Part shown: positions 50,102-60,379 of the stretch, piece by piece
Position numbering within the stretch: the stretch's first letter is position 1
How the letters are laid out: every line of letters starts with the position of its first letter
Assembly: GCA_964291405.2 (NCBI GenBank)
Contig: OZ219926.1
Location: 288,001-352,000 of the forward strand
Origin: Thermodesulfobacteriota bacterium
GTDB taxonomy: Bacteria > Desulfobacterota > Binatia > Bin18
Length of the DNA stretch: 64,000 nt
Reading direction: 5' to 3'
Position numbers and translations under genes: made by a program
The notes under the pieces: generated by a model
Database searches by the model: none
What the model was told of the DNA's origin: nothing
Seen by the model: only the letters and a program-made list of their open reading frames with translations

Positions 50102-51013
50102 TTACTTCAGTAATTCCAGTTCGCGCAACAACCCCATGCTATTCGTCCATCCTTTTGAAACTTTGACAAAAAGTTCCAGATACACCCGGCAGCCAAAAAA
50201 GGCCTCCATACGCTGACGCGCGGCCTGACCGATTTTTTTGAGCCGTACTCCCTTTTGACCAATCACAATAGCCTTCTGGGATGGCCGTTCAACGTGGATG
50301 GTCGCGTAAATACGTAACAGCGATTTCTCGGCAGGCTCTTCAAACTGCTCAACAATAACAGCCGTACGGTACGGGATTTCCTGCTGAGTGTGGAAAAAGA
50401 GCTGTTCCCGGACCATCTCCTGGGCGAGGACTCGTTCACTCTGGTCCGTGATATTATCATCCGGGTAGAGTGCCGGACCGGGCGGGAGAACAGCCATCAG
50501 TGTGGACATGAGTTCGGCCGTATTCTCCCCTTTGAGGGCGCTGATAGGAATGACGTCACGCTCAGGTATCAGACGCCCCACCTGTTCAAGGAGCGGGATG
50601 AGTGCTCTTTTTGGGACAAGGTCAATCTTGTTCAATCCGACCAAGACCCGGGTCCTGAGCTGAGGGAAGCGCTGGGCGATCCGGGCATCGGCTGAGGTCA
50701 GCCCCTGCGCCGCATCGAGCAGGAAGAGCGTGACATCGGTCTCCTGTAGAGCACGCAAGGCAGTATCAACCATGTGTCGGTTGAGGAGAGACCGCTGACC
50801 GCCATGAATTCCTGGGGTATCAACAAAAATGAGCTGGGCGTTGGACTGGGTTTTGATCCCGGTTATGCGCGTTCGTGTGGTTTGGGGTTTGGGCGAGACG
50901 ATGGCGATCTGCGCCCCTATCAGCGTATTGAGCAGCGTTGATTTCCCGACGTTGGGACGGCCGACAAGCGCAATAAAACCACACCGATGGGTCAGGTCAG
51001 GCGAGGATGGCAT
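50102..51013 (-). CDS. era: GTPase Era
   Basis: GRPNVGKSTL, PQTTR, DTPG, NKID and KH domain IVIG.KG. Confidence 0.97.
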   Translation of the reverse strand: MPSSPDLTHRCGFIALVGRPNVGKSTLLNTLIGAQIAIVSPKPQTTRTRITGIKTQSNAQLIFVDTPGIHGGQRSLLNRHMVDTALRALQETDVTLFLLDAAQGLTSADARIAQRFPQLRTRVLVGLNKIDLVPKRALIPLLEQVGRLIPERDVIPISALKGENTAELMSTLMAVLPPGPALYPDDNITDQSERVLAQEMVREQLFFHTQQEIPYRTAVIVEQFEEPAEKSLLRIYATIHVERPSQKAIVIGQKGVRLKKIGQAARQRMEAFFGCRVYLELFVKVSKGWTNSMGLLRELELLK

Positions 51014-51019
51014 GGCACG

Positions 51020-52234
51020 TCAAGAGGGGGGCGTTACCTCTGGTCCAAAGACAACCTTCAGAATGCGCCGTTTCCCAACCTGGAGGACCACCTCTCCTTG
51101 CGCGGGAACCTGCAACTCCACGTCACTGACCCGCTCCCCATCGATCCTCACCCCACCCTGTCGGATGAGCCGACGAGCCTCACTCGTGGATTTCACCAAG
51201 TCTGGGGTCTTCAGCAAATGGCACACCCACACGTGGGACTCTGTCCCAGACCAGGCGTACGACGGTATCTCCTCCGGACGTTGCCCGTGCTGAAAACGTC
51301 GAGAAAATTCTCCGGCCGCTCGTGCGGCCGCCGGACCATCATGAAAACGAGTCACCAGCTCGGCCGCTAGTTGTTTCTTGGCCTCCATCGGATGGACGCG
51401 TCCATCCGCAACCGCTTGAACGTGAGCGGCATCAACGGTACTGAGCAGTTCGTAGTAGCTCAGCATCAGCTCGTCAGAGATCGACATGATCTTGCCGTAC
51501 ATGTCGTCCGGCGGGTCGGTGATGCCGACCGCATTACCGAGCGATTTGCTCATCTTTTGCGTTCCATTAATGCCTTCGAGAATAGGCGTCGTCAGAATCA
51601 CCTGAGGTTCCTGACCAAAGCCGCGCTGTATCTCACGTCCAACCAGGAGATTGAAGCGTTGATCCGTTCCACCCAGTTCAACATCAGCCTGAAGAGCAAC
51701 GGAATCATAGCCCTGGAGCAACGGGTACAGGAACTCATGCACATGAATCGGCACCCCGGTTTGGAGGCGCTTCGAAAAATCATCCCGTTCAAGTAACCGG
51801 GCCACGGTGTAGTGGCCGCATAGTTTGACCATATCGGAGGGCGAAAGTGGATCGATCCATTCTGAATTAAAGCGGAGTTCGGTGAGGTCCGGATCAAGAA
51901 CCTTGAAGACCTGCTGGGTGTAGGTCTCCGCATTCGCCTTGACCTGCTCGCGTGTCAGGGCCTTCCGCGTTTCGGAACGACCGGTAGGGTCACCGATCAT
52001 GGCAGTAAAGTCACCGATTAAAAAAATGACCGTGTGCCCTAACTCCTGAAACTGGCGGAGTTTATTCAGCACGACGGTATGACCGAGATGCAGGTCCGGG
52101 GCGGACGGGTCCGCCCCCCATTTCACCCGTAAAGGTTCTCCGCGTTCGAGCTTTTGCACGAGTTCTTGCCACGGAATAATATCCACGGCTCCACGTCCAA
52201 TTTCCTTGAGTTGTTCCTCAACTGACAGGGTCAT
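51020..52234 (-). CDS. tyrS: Tyrosine--tRNA ligase
   Basis: [30 protein letters not shown] and C-terminal S4 domain. Confidence 0.97.
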   Translation of the reverse strand: MTLSVEEQLKEIGRGAVDIIPWQELVQKLERGEPLRVKWGADPSAPDLHLGHTVVLNKLRQFQELGHTVIFLIGDFTAMIGDPTGRSETRKALTREQVKANAETYTQQVFKVLDPDLTELRFNSEWIDPLSPSDMVKLCGHYTVARLLERDDFSKRLQTGVPIHVHEFLYPLLQGYDSVALQADVELGGTDQRFNLLVGREIQRGFGQEPQVILTTPILEGINGTQKMSKSLGNAVGITDPPDDMYGKIMSISDELMLSYYELLSTVDAAHVQAVADGRVHPMEAKKQLAAELVTRFHDGPAAARAAGEFSRRFQHGQRPEEIPSYAWSGTESHVWVCHLLKTPDLVKSTSEARRLIRQGGVRIDGERVSDVELQVPAQGEVVLQVGKRRILKVVFGPEVTPPS

Positions 52235-52249
52235 AGCCTCGCTGACCTT

Positions 52250-53800
52250 TTACCGTGCGTATTCGGTGGATCGTGATTCACGAATGACGGTGACTTTAAT
52301 CTGACCAGGATACGTCATCTCAGTCTCAATTTGCTTGGCAACCTCTCTGGCGATACTGGAGGCATCACCGTCCGACACTGAGCCTGGATTCACCATAATG
52401 CGCACTTCGCGGCCGGCCTGCACCGCAAACGACTTCTCTACGCCATTGAATGAACTGCTGATACGCTCCAGGTCTTCGAGTCGTTTGACATAGCTCTCCA
52501 GAACCTCGCGCCGAGCGCCCGGCCGAGCACCGGACAACGCATCCGCGGCATCAACAATAGGGGCCAGAACGGTTTCTGCCCGGACCTCCTCGTGGTGGGC
52601 AGCAATGGCGTTGACTATTTTTGCCGACTCACCGTATTTTCGAGCTACTTCTCCGCCGATGATCGCGTGCGAGCCTTCAATCTCGTGTGAGACCGCTTTC
52701 CCAATATCGTGGAGCAGTCCAGAACGTTTGGCCTGTTTCTCATTAAGCCCGAGTTCGGCTGCGATAATACCGCAGATATACGCCGTTTCTATTGAGTGCA
52801 TGAGGACATTCTGGCCATAGCTATATCGATACTTCAACATTCCGACCAGCTTGACGATCTCGGGATGAACCCCATTGATCCCAAGTTCAAGCACGGCTCG
52901 TTGACCAGCCTCGCGGACCGATTCTTCAACCTCGCCTTCCGCTTTTTTTACGACCTCCTCGATACGGCCCGGATTAATACGCCCATCCGATATCAGGCGT
53001 TCAAGCGCTACGCGCGTAATTTCTCGTCGAATGGGACTATGACTCGAAACCAGCACCGTTTCGGGCGTATCATCAATAACCAGATCGACCCCGGTCGCAG
53101 CCTCAAACGCCCGGATATTGCGTCCCTCACGGCCAATAATACGACCCTTCATATCGTCGCTGGGAAGATGAATAACTGACGCGGTCCGCTCGGAAACAAA
53201 CTCACCGGACAGGCGTTCAATCGCAATACTAATAATTTTTCGAGCTCGCCGGGTCGCTTCTTCTCGGGCTTCTTCTTCGACGGTCATAATCCGGCGTGAG
53301 GCGTCCTGGCGGGCCTCCTCGGTCATCTGGTCAACCAGGACTTGTTTCGCCTCATCCCGACTCAGGCCAGCTATTTGTTCAAGTTTCTGGCGCGTTTGGT
53401 CTATTAAGCGATTGTACTCTTGCTCTTTTTTCTGCTGACTGTCTGCTTTGCTCTTGAGGCTTTGTTCACGCCGATTCAAGCCCTCTTCCCGATCAGCCAG
53501 TGCCTCGGAGCGCTTCTCCAGCGCTTCATCTCGTCCTTGGAGACGGCGCTCAACCTGTTGAATTTCTTTCCGTCTTTCGTTTATCTCCTTCTCTACTTCG
53601 CTTTTCGCCTGCAAAATCGTATCTTTAGCCTGAACTTGGGCTTCTCGTTTAATGACCGATCCTTCTTTTTTTGCCTCATCGAGAATCTGCTGTGCAGCCT
53701 CCTCTGCACTGTGTATGGTTTCTTGGTTCCATTTTTGTCGCAGGAAGACGAGTCCTCCGGCACCAGCTGCTCCTATCAGCAGTCCTAAGACAAGTTCCAT
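52250..53800 (-). CDS. rny: Ribonuclease Y
   Basis: TM anchor, coiled coil, KGRIIGREGRNIR KH domain and LLHDIGK HD domain; RBS AAGGAGG. Confidence 0.97.
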   Translation of the reverse strand: MELVLGLLIGAAGAGGLVFLRQKWNQETIHSAEEAAQQILDEAKKEGSVIKREAQVQAKDTILQAKSEVEKEINERRKEIQQVERRLQGRDEALEKRSEALADREEGLNRREQSLKSKADSQQKKEQEYNRLIDQTRQKLEQIAGLSRDEAKQVLVDQMTEEARQDASRRIMTVEEEAREEATRRARKIISIAIERLSGEFVSERTASVIHLPSDDMKGRIIGREGRNIRAFEAATGVDLVIDDTPETVLVSSHSPIRREITRVALERLISDGRINPGRIEEVVKKAEGEVEESVREAGQRAVLELGINGVHPEIVKLVGMLKYRYSYGQNVLMHSIETAYICGIIAAELGLNEKQAKRSGLLHDIGKAVSHEIEGSHAIIGGEVARKYGESAKIVNAIAAHHEEVRAETVLAPIVDAADALSGARPGARREVLESYVKRLEDLERISSSFNGVEKSFAVQAGREVRIMVNPGSVSDGDASSIAREVAKQIETEMTYPGQIKVTVIRESRSTEYAR

Positions 53801-53846
53801 TATTACCCTCCTTACCACACTCAGGTCGAATAACCTCGCTGTGGTA

Positions 53847-54027
53847 GCTACTACCCCCTATACGCATCCTCTTCGTAGATATCCTTTCTGATCAATACGT
53901 ATGGTCTCGGAGGCCACGCTCAATAAGCGCGGCTCCTGCAATAACAACCAGCACAGACCATTATCAGTTGTCACAGTCTCCTTCCTTCTTCACCCAAGGG
54001 CGGAAGGAGCGCAAGAGGGGGGCGTGC
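53847..54027 (-). ncRNA. Structured RNA, candidate divergent 6S RNA (or rny leader)
   Basis: 181 nt directly downstream of zapA. The 5' end GCACGCCCCCCUCUUGCGCUCCUUC pairs with the 3' end GAAGAGGAUGCGUAUAGGGGGUAGUAGC; central bubble; inner stems CUGAU/AUCAG and AUGGUCU/AGACCAU. G-U wobbles favour the minus strand. Confidence 0.5.
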
Positions 54028-54098
54028 AATCGAAGTCACTCGCCTTCAGAATGCGAGTGGTGTTACGTGCTCTCTTCTCAGTCGAGAGTTGCAGACAA

Positions 54099-54446
54099 CT
54101 AGCCGGTAGAGTGTGAGTTCAACGGATTATCAGCCGTTGTCTCATCTGCGCGGCTTTCGGCTTCCTCCAAACGCTGAAGAAGTCGGCTTGAAATCAACTC
54201 AGCTTCCTGGATGAGCTGGGTTTCTTGCTGGTTCGATTCCTGCTGACCGGACTTGGCCAATTCGTCGGCAATACTCAACGCCGCCATAATCGCGACTCGA
54301 AAAGGGACCGTCACTTTTGCACTTTCCGCAATCTGGCGCATGCGCTGGTCAACAAAAGAAGCAATTTCTCGAACATATTGCTCATCATCTTCACTCGTCA
54401 CCGTGAAGGTTTGTCCAAAAATATGCACTTCCATTAATCGCTTCAT
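54099..54446 (-). CDS. zapA: Cell division protein ZapA
   Basis: EVHIFGQTF...YVREIA.FVD.RM...AIMAALSIADE. Confidence 0.92.
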   Translation of the reverse strand: MKRLMEVHIFGQTFTVTSEDDEQYVREIASFVDQRMRQIAESAKVTVPFRVAIMAALSIADELAKSGQQESNQQETQLIQEAELISSRLLQRLEEAESRADETTADNPLNSHSTG

Positions 54447-54449
54447 CGC

Positions 54450-54692
54450 CTAGCCTTCGTCCTCCCAGGCAATCCCCAAATGGCTGAATTGAGTCAGGAT
54501 TTTCTCCAAGCGGCTCCGAATCTCGTTTCGCTCCGCTTCGTATTGCTGGATTCGCTTAAGCAAGAGCGCATATTCGTGCTCTTGTTCATCAATTCGAATC
54601 AGCAGTGCACTATTTGCACTCTGGACCTGCTCGTGGCGTTCCAAGAATCCATCCAGTTTCGCCTCAAGAAGTTTTAGGCTTTCCAGCGCCAT
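54450..54692 (-). CDS. ZapB-like coiled-coil cell division protein
   Basis: L..LE.K...ER..IRSRLEKIL coiled coil immediately upstream of zapA. Confidence 0.75.
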   Translation of the reverse strand: MALESLKLLEAKLDGFLERHEQVQSANSALLIRIDEQEHEYALLLKRIQQYEAERNEIRSRLEKILTQFSHLGIAWEDEG

Positions 54693-54719
54693 TACCACCC
54701 TAGAATAAAGTAAAAGTTT

Positions 54720-54748
54720 ACCCTATTGCCTCTTAGACGTGGCGTCAA
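54720..54748 (-). promoter_or_regulatory. Sigma70-type promoter of zapB-zapA
   Basis: TTGACG-17 bp-TAGGGT. Confidence 0.5.
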
Positions 54749-54757
54749 GAGAAATAT

Positions 54758-55786
54758 TTATTCCGTAGGATGGTCGAAGAGTGCCGTAATAAAATCATCC
54801 GGGGAAAAGACTTCTAAATCTTCAAGCTGTTCTCCAAGTCCAATATACTGAATCGGCACACCAAGCTGGCTCCCGACAGCTAGGGCAACTCCGCCTTTTG
54901 CTGATCCATCCATTTTCGATAAGATCACACCGGTAAGCGGGAAGGCCGCCTGAAAGGTCCGTGCTTGGCTGAGAGCATTCTGTCCAGTTCCGGCATCCAA
55001 AACCAGCAAAACCTCATGCGGTGCCCCAGAAATCTCCCGCCCAATGACTCGGTGTGTTTTTTTGAGCTCCTCCATAAGCGGCGTTTTGGTATGGAGCCGC
55101 CCAGCCGTATCAATCAGGACGACATCGACCCCACGTGCCACCGCAGCACGGACACCGTCAAAGACCACGGCTGAGGGCGAGGCGCCGTCCTGATGCTTAA
55201 TGATATCAAGGCCTAAGCGCTCGGCCCAGACTGAGAGTTGCTCAATGGCAGCGGCTCGAAAAGTATCTCCGGCGACCAGCAGGACCGTTTTTCCTTCTTC
55301 TTTCAGCCGCGCCGCTAACTTCGCAATAGAGGTTGTCTTCCCCGCACCATTAACACCGACAACCAGAATGACTCTTGGACATGCGCCATCACTCCATTCA
55401 ACGGGCTGAGCCTCACTCTCAAGAAGGGACTGGAGTTCAGCCTTGAGATCAGAACGGAGCGATTCGGCCTCGTCCTGAGACGGTTTACCTATCTGGACTG
55501 TATGTGTACGGGCACGTAGACGCTCTACAATCTGCAAGGAGGTTTCAACTCCAACATCGGCTTGGATAAGGACCTCCTCCAGGTCGGAGAAGAAGATTTC
55601 TCTCGACTGTCGGCGCTGCTCTGACGAGACATCAAAGGGACGACGCAAAAGGTCCCGCAATCGAGTGAGTCCACGTCGCCAGCGCGCATCTTTCGGAATC
55701 GGGGCAGGAGTATGTGTATCTACGACCGGGGGAGAAGCAGAGTCCGTCTGCACCTTCTCTTTTCGCTGCCAAAATCGGAGAGCCAT
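54758..55786 (-). CDS. ftsY: Signal recognition particle receptor FtsY
   Basis: GVNGAGKTT, DTFRAAA, DTAGR, GQNA and KMDGSAKGG. Confidence 0.97.
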   Translation of the reverse strand: MALRFWQRKEKVQTDSASPPVVDTHTPAPIPKDARWRRGLTRLRDLLRRPFDVSSEQRRQSREIFFSDLEEVLIQADVGVETSLQIVERLRARTHTVQIGKPSQDEAESLRSDLKAELQSLLESEAQPVEWSDGACPRVILVVGVNGAGKTTSIAKLAARLKEEGKTVLLVAGDTFRAAAIEQLSVWAERLGLDIIKHQDGASPSAVVFDGVRAAVARGVDVVLIDTAGRLHTKTPLMEELKKTHRVIGREISGAPHEVLLVLDAGTGQNALSQARTFQAAFPLTGVILSKMDGSAKGGVALAVGSQLGVPIQYIGLGEQLEDLEVFSPDDFITALFDHPTE

Positions 55787-58700
55787 CAGGACACACGCAC
55801 GGACACCATGGTCGACACACCCGGATCCTGCATAGTGACGCCGTAGAGCGTATCCGCCACCTCCATAGTGCGCTTATTATGCGTAATCAGAACAATCTGC
55901 GTCGTCTCGCTCATTTCTCGCAATAACTGGTTAAACCGCCCAACGTTGGCATCGTCCAGCGGCGCATCGACCTCATCGAGAATACAGAACGGACTCGGCC
56001 GTATCAAAAACAGGGCAAATGTGAAACTCAGCGCGGCCAGGGCCTTCTCTCCTCCAGAAAGAAGCTGCATAGAGCGGAGGCGTTTACCTGGAGGTTGAAC
56101 CTCTAGTTCGACACCACTCTCAGACAAATCCGCTTCATTGGTCAGAGTAATATGGGCCTGACCACCCTCAACTAAACGCGCGTACACCTCATCAAACTTC
56201 GCGTTCACCTGGTGGAAGGTTTCCCGAAAACGATCCCGCGACTCACGGTTTAACTTATTGATTGTACTTTGCAAATCTTCAATTGAATGCAACAGGTCAG
56301 CCTTCTGGGATTCAATAGAAGTAAAGCGCTCCTGGACCTCATCAAGCTCAACCGCAGCGTTGGGATTGACCTCACCAAGCCGAGCAAGCTTCTCGCGTAA
56401 TTCCTGACGGCGCGATTCTCCCTCAGCTTGGTCAAGTTCCTGGTGACTATAGACTGAGAGGACTTCTGTCAGCTTCACCTGATAGCGTTCCTGAACCGTC
56501 TCCTCAAGATGTTCACGACTCACCCGCTTTTCAGCCAGACTCACCTCAACCTGTCTTTTTTCCTCTTGCAGCTGAGTTGCCGCCTGTCGATTCTCTTCGA
56601 TAAGCGTTTCACACTGCTGGGCAGTTGCCCGGAGCTGGGCACACTCAGCATCGTGACGGGTGCGTTTTGCTTCCGCCGAATCAAGGCTGGAGAGCGTCTG
56701 GGTCACCTGATCTTCTAACGCAGCCTTTTCCAACAGGAGACGCTCTGCCTCTTGCTTGCCAGCCTGGATATCAGCTTGGCCGGCCTGTATCCGTTCTTCC
56801 AAGTCCTGCATCTGGCGTCTGAGTTGGTCCACCTGAGTCTGGAGGCCACCGTAGCGTTCTCGGTGTTCGGCAAGGCGGACACGCAGGTCATCCATCTGCG
56901 TACGGTGCCGGTCACACACGACTTTTGCTTCTTCCATCTCTACTTGTCGAACGGCTAGCAGGTCTTCACGCTCCTGACGTTGCGTCGCAATAGCGAGTGC
57001 CTGCGTGTGGGCCTTCTGTATGTCAGCCTGTAAAGACTGACTTTCTTGTTCCAAGGCGTTCTGCTCGTAGCTTACCCCTTCTCCACGGTCAAGCAAGCGG
57101 CGTACTTCACCTTCAAGCTGCCCCGCCTCGCGCTGAAGTGCTTCATTCTCTTGGCCCAGCTTCTGGGCTTGCACGTCAAGACTCCGCAACTCACCTTCGA
57201 GTACCTGTTGGCGTTGCTTCAGGGTTTGCCGTTGTTCGACAAGGTTGGACACGCGCTCAGCCTGTTGGGATAGTTCCTGCCGCAACCCTCGAATTTCACG
57301 TCGCCGCTCAAGGAGGACTGCTCCCGCAACGCCACCACTCCCTCCACTGACTCCACCAAGAGCGGAAATGACTTCTCCCTGTGGCGTAACATAGGTCTGG
57401 GCGTCCTTGCTCTGGTTCCAGAGTTCCAGCCCAACCCGGAGGTTGGGAACGAGCACCACATCACCCAGGAGGGCTTCGACCATCTGTCTATAGTCGGGCG
57501 GAATATCAACGTGGCGGATGAGGGGAGACACTCCCTCTCCAACAGTCGCCCACATCGGCCCGTCAGCCCTAGTCAGACTCGGCGTCTGTTTGTCACACTG
57601 GAGTTGGAGCGGAATAAAATGCCCGTGCCCAGACTGCATCTGGTTCAAATAGTCAACCGCAGCGACACCGGCCTCGGTGTCTGTCACCACCATATACTCC
57701 AGCTTCTCCCGTAACACAGCGGCAACCGCGCGCTCATAGGCTTGCGGCACTTCTATCATTTGCGCCACGACTCCAAGAATGGCGGCAGGAAAGTCGCAGT
57801 CAGTCATGACCGACTGGACGCCTTGGTCATAGCGGTCGTACCCTTGTTCGAGCTCTTCCAAGGTCGTCAAGCGCGCTTGCATTTCTGCTTGCTTGGCCCT
57901 CGCCTCAGAGAGAGTTGTATCCAGTTGTTCTCCAGCACGAATAGCTACCCGCAGTTCTCTATCCTTTTCTTCGCGCTGCTGCTGTCCGTGTTGGACGCGC
58001 TGGTGAAGAGCCGATGATTTTTCCTGGAGCACGGCAAGTGCCTGCTCACGATCTGCCTGGAGTTGGCCAACCTGCTTGGCGTCGTCAGCCAGCACTTCTA
58101 ACCGCAGGGTAACCTTCTCAGTCTGCTCACGGGAGTTGGCCAGTGTGTTTTGGACTTGCGATTCCTGAGTGAGAAGATCAACCATTTCGGTCTTGAGTTC
58201 TTCAACCTGGGATTCATGCTGCAGGGCAGTGTCTTGCAGGTCGATGAGGGTGTGCTCTTGTGCCTGCAGGGCGTCTTCATCGTGTCGTATCTGCTGAGCC
58301 ACCTCTGCCGCACTCGCCATTCGCTGAGAGAACTCTTGTTCCACCTGCTCTTTTTTCTCTGACACCAGACGATAGTCATGCTCCGCGTTGGTAAGACGTG
58401 ATTGGACCTGCTCCTCCTGCTGTGCTCGGAACGACTGTTTCTGCTCGGACTGCTGAAGCGTACTTTCCAGCGCGTGGAGGCGCTCCTCAAGTTCTCGGAG
58501 CGCGTCCTCCTCACGTGCAACCCGCTCTGCTGTGGACATCCGCTCTGCTTGAAGGGTGTGGATCTTTTGGCTGAGTTGCTCTTCTTCTCGTCCGACCGCG
58601 GCCTGTCGGCTAACCAAGCTGTGGACCTCTGCTGTCAATGCCTGGTAGGCGCGACTCTGGAGCGTGATATCAATGGTTTTCAACTCGTCCTGGAGCACCT

Positions 58701-59397
58701 TATATTGTTCGGCCTTTTTTGCCTGACGACGGAGGGTACCCAACTGACGGTCCATCTCATGCAGCAGATCAGAGACCCGAGACAAATTCTCTCGGGTTCG
58801 TTCGAGTTTGCGCTCGGCAGCCAAACGGCGACTACGATACAAACTCACTCCGGCGGCTTCTTCCACGAGTACCCGGATATCTTGTGCTTTGGCGTTAATC
58901 AGCGCCTCGACACGACCTTGCTCAATAATGGCGTAGGCTTTCGTGCCCGCTCCGGTCCCAAGAAAGAATTCAACAATATCGCGCAAACGGCAGGGGACCT
59001 TGTTGAAAAGATATTCAGAGTCTCCAGACCGAAAATAGCGCCGCGATACCATGACTTCGGTCCAGTCCGGCCCGGTGCCATTCTTATGGGCACCGTTGTG
59101 GCCATTCGTCCCGTTAACGGACAGGCCGGGGGGGGCCACATTTTCCAAGAGGAGGGAGACATCGGCCATGCCGAGCGGCGCACTGCTGTCATTCCCGGCA
59201 AAGACCACATCACTCATCTCCTGACCACGGAGATGTTTGGCGCTCTGCTCGCCCAGAACCCAGCGTAAGGCGTCGACAATATTCGACTTCCCGCAGCCGT
59301 TTGGACCAACGACGGCAGTAATTCCTTTCGGAAAGGTGAGCGTCGTCTTCTGCTTAAAAGATTTAAATCCGAGGAGTTCGAGCTGTTTGATCCGCAT
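55786..59397 (-). CDS. smc: Chromosome segregation protein SMC
   Basis: GFKSF, GPNGCGKSN, coiled coils, hinge, LSGGE and DEVDAPLD; start ATG 59397. Confidence 0.97.
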   Translation of the reverse strand: MRIKQLELLGFKSFKQKTTLTFPKGITAVVGPNGCGKSNIVDALRWVLGEQSAKHLRGQEMSDVVFAGNDSSAPLGMADVSLLLENVAPPGLSVNGTNGHNGAHKNGTGPDWTEVMVSRRYFRSGDSEYLFNKVPCRLRDIVEFFLGTGAGTKAYAIIEQGRVEALINAKAQDIRVLVEEAAGVSLYRSRRLAAERKLERTRENLSRVSDLLHEMDRQLGTLRRQAKKAEQYKVLQDELKTIDITLQSRAYQALTAEVHSLVSRQAAVGREEEQLSQKIHTLQAERMSTAERVAREEDALRELEERLHALESTLQQSEQKQSFRAQQEEQVQSRLTNAEHDYRLVSEKKEQVEQEFSQRMASAAEVAQQIRHDEDALQAQEHTLIDLQDTALQHESQVEELKTEMVDLLTQESQVQNTLANSREQTEKVTLRLEVLADDAKQVGQLQADREQALAVLQEKSSALHQRVQHGQQQREEKDRELRVAIRAGEQLDTTLSEARAKQAEMQARLTTLEELEQGYDRYDQGVQSVMTDCDFPAAILGVVAQMIEVPQAYERAVAAVLREKLEYMVVTDTEAGVAAVDYLNQMQSGHGHFIPLQLQCDKQTPSLTRADGPMWATVGEGVSPLIRHVDIPPDYRQMVEALLGDVVLVPNLRVGLELWNQSKDAQTYVTPQGEVISALGGVSGGSGGVAGAVLLERRREIRGLRQELSQQAERVSNLVEQRQTLKQRQQVLEGELRSLDVQAQKLGQENEALQREAGQLEGEVRRLLDRGEGVSYEQNALEQESQSLQADIQKAHTQALAIATQRQEREDLLAVRQVEMEEAKVVCDRHRTQMDDLRVRLAEHRERYGGLQTQVDQLRRQMQDLEERIQAGQADIQAGKQEAERLLLEKAALEDQVTQTLSSLDSAEAKRTRHDAECAQLRATAQQCETLIEENRQAATQLQEEKRQVEVSLAEKRVSREHLEETVQERYQVKLTEVLSVYSHQELDQAEGESRRQELREKLARLGEVNPNAAVELDEVQERFTSIESQKADLLHSIEDLQSTINKLNRESRDRFRETFHQVNAKFDEVYARLVEGGQAHITLTNEADLSESGVELEVQPPGKRLRSMQLLSGGEKALAALSFTFALFLIRPSPFCILDEVDAPLDDANVGRFNQLLREMSETTQIVLITHNKRTMEVADTLYGVTMQDPGVSTMVSVRVS

Positions 59398-59471
59398 TTG
59401 CCCCACAACGCCTCCAAATCCTCCCCGCCTCTTTCCTCGTACCAAGGGTAGCACCGACTCACTGGCTACTC

Positions 59472-59518
59472 ACGCAAGAGAAAGGGCTCTGAGATCATAC
59501 TGCTACTATATCTTGTGG
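59472..59518. promoter_or_regulatory. Tandem NrdR boxes upstream of smc
   Basis: CTACTATATCTTGTGG (59503-59518) is near-consensus; degenerate ACGCAAGAGAAAGGGC (59472-59487) is offset by 31 bp. They flank a minus-strand TATGAT -10 element at 59499-59494. Confidence 0.7.
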
Positions 59519-59563
59519 ATACAAGAAAATCCAGCAGGAATCAGAGAGAAGGAGGTCTGAAGA

Positions 59564-60169
59564 CTACCGTTCCAGGAGCTCGGTATTCCAGTAGGCCGCA
59601 TCGACCTCGTTGAGAAAAGGCAACCATTCCTGGTAGCGCTTGAAGGTGAACGTCTCAAGCATAAAGGGGGTCCACTCGGGTTGAACCGGCTTCTTGATCA
59701 ACCTCATTCTTGCTTCTTCAGGCCGGCGGCCACCTTTCACGCGGTTGCAGCGTAAACAGGAGCAGACAATATTTGCCCAGGTCGAGAGACCACCCTGGGA
59801 GCGGGGGATGACGTGGTCGAGATTCAGCTCGCTACGCGAAAGACGCCGGCCACAGTATTGACACGTATTCTTATCGCGCGCAAAAACGTTGAAGCGGCTG
59901 AACCGCACCTGGCGTCGCGGAATCCGATCATACGAAACGAGCAGAATGACGCGTGGCACCCGAATGGCACGCCCGATAAGACCAATGGTATCATCGTGGA
60001 CGGTTGCTGACAGTGCGCTCCAGCTCTCATAGTCAAACGTGCGATACTGCTCATCGACCGCTTTCGCAATGCCCTGATAGAGCAGGGAGAATGCCCGCCG
60101 GACCGATGTGACATGCACCGGAAAGTAAGACCGATTAAGAACGAGCACTTTGGTATTGAGAACGCTCAT
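59564..60169 (-). CDS. HNH endonuclease (McrA-like)
   Basis: VLVLN, RFSR.NVFARD...CQYCG, DHVIPRSQGG...W.N.V.SC..CN..KG; RBS AGGAG. Confidence 0.92.
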   Translation of the reverse strand: MSVLNTKVLVLNRSYFPVHVTSVRRAFSLLYQGIAKAVDEQYRTFDYESWSALSATVHDDTIGLIGRAIRVPRVILLVSYDRIPRRQVRFSRFNVFARDKNTCQYCGRRLSRSELNLDHVIPRSQGGLSTWANIVCSCLRCNRVKGGRRPEEARMRLIKKPVQPEWTPFMLETFTFKRYQEWLPFLNEVDAAYWNTELLER

Positions 60170-60379
60170 GTGCTCCTAACCCATCAAGAAAAACAGGGTT
60201 TTCCGTTGATCGAGAATATCGGACCCGTATACCCAGCCCTGTTCTACGTGTCAAGGTTTTCACCAGAATTTAACGTGATGATTTGACACACCATCCAAAG
60301 GGGGATGTCTTCTCCTTGCGGGGCTGTCGGGGTTTCCGATATAAAGAAGTATGAAGAGAGGTATCTATTGAGTGCGGGG

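Noticed and set aside
59070-59125. NG-repeat insertion (NGTNGHNGAHKNGTG) in the SMC head
   Set aside because: Short low-complexity loop in a variable region; not an intein or a repeat array.
55786-60169. HNH nuclease plus SMC as a Wadjet/Lamassu-like defence system
   Set aside because: This SMC is the canonical full-length condensin coupled to ftsY with its own upstream regulatory sites; the HNH belongs to a common stand-alone family; no jetABD or lmu genes.
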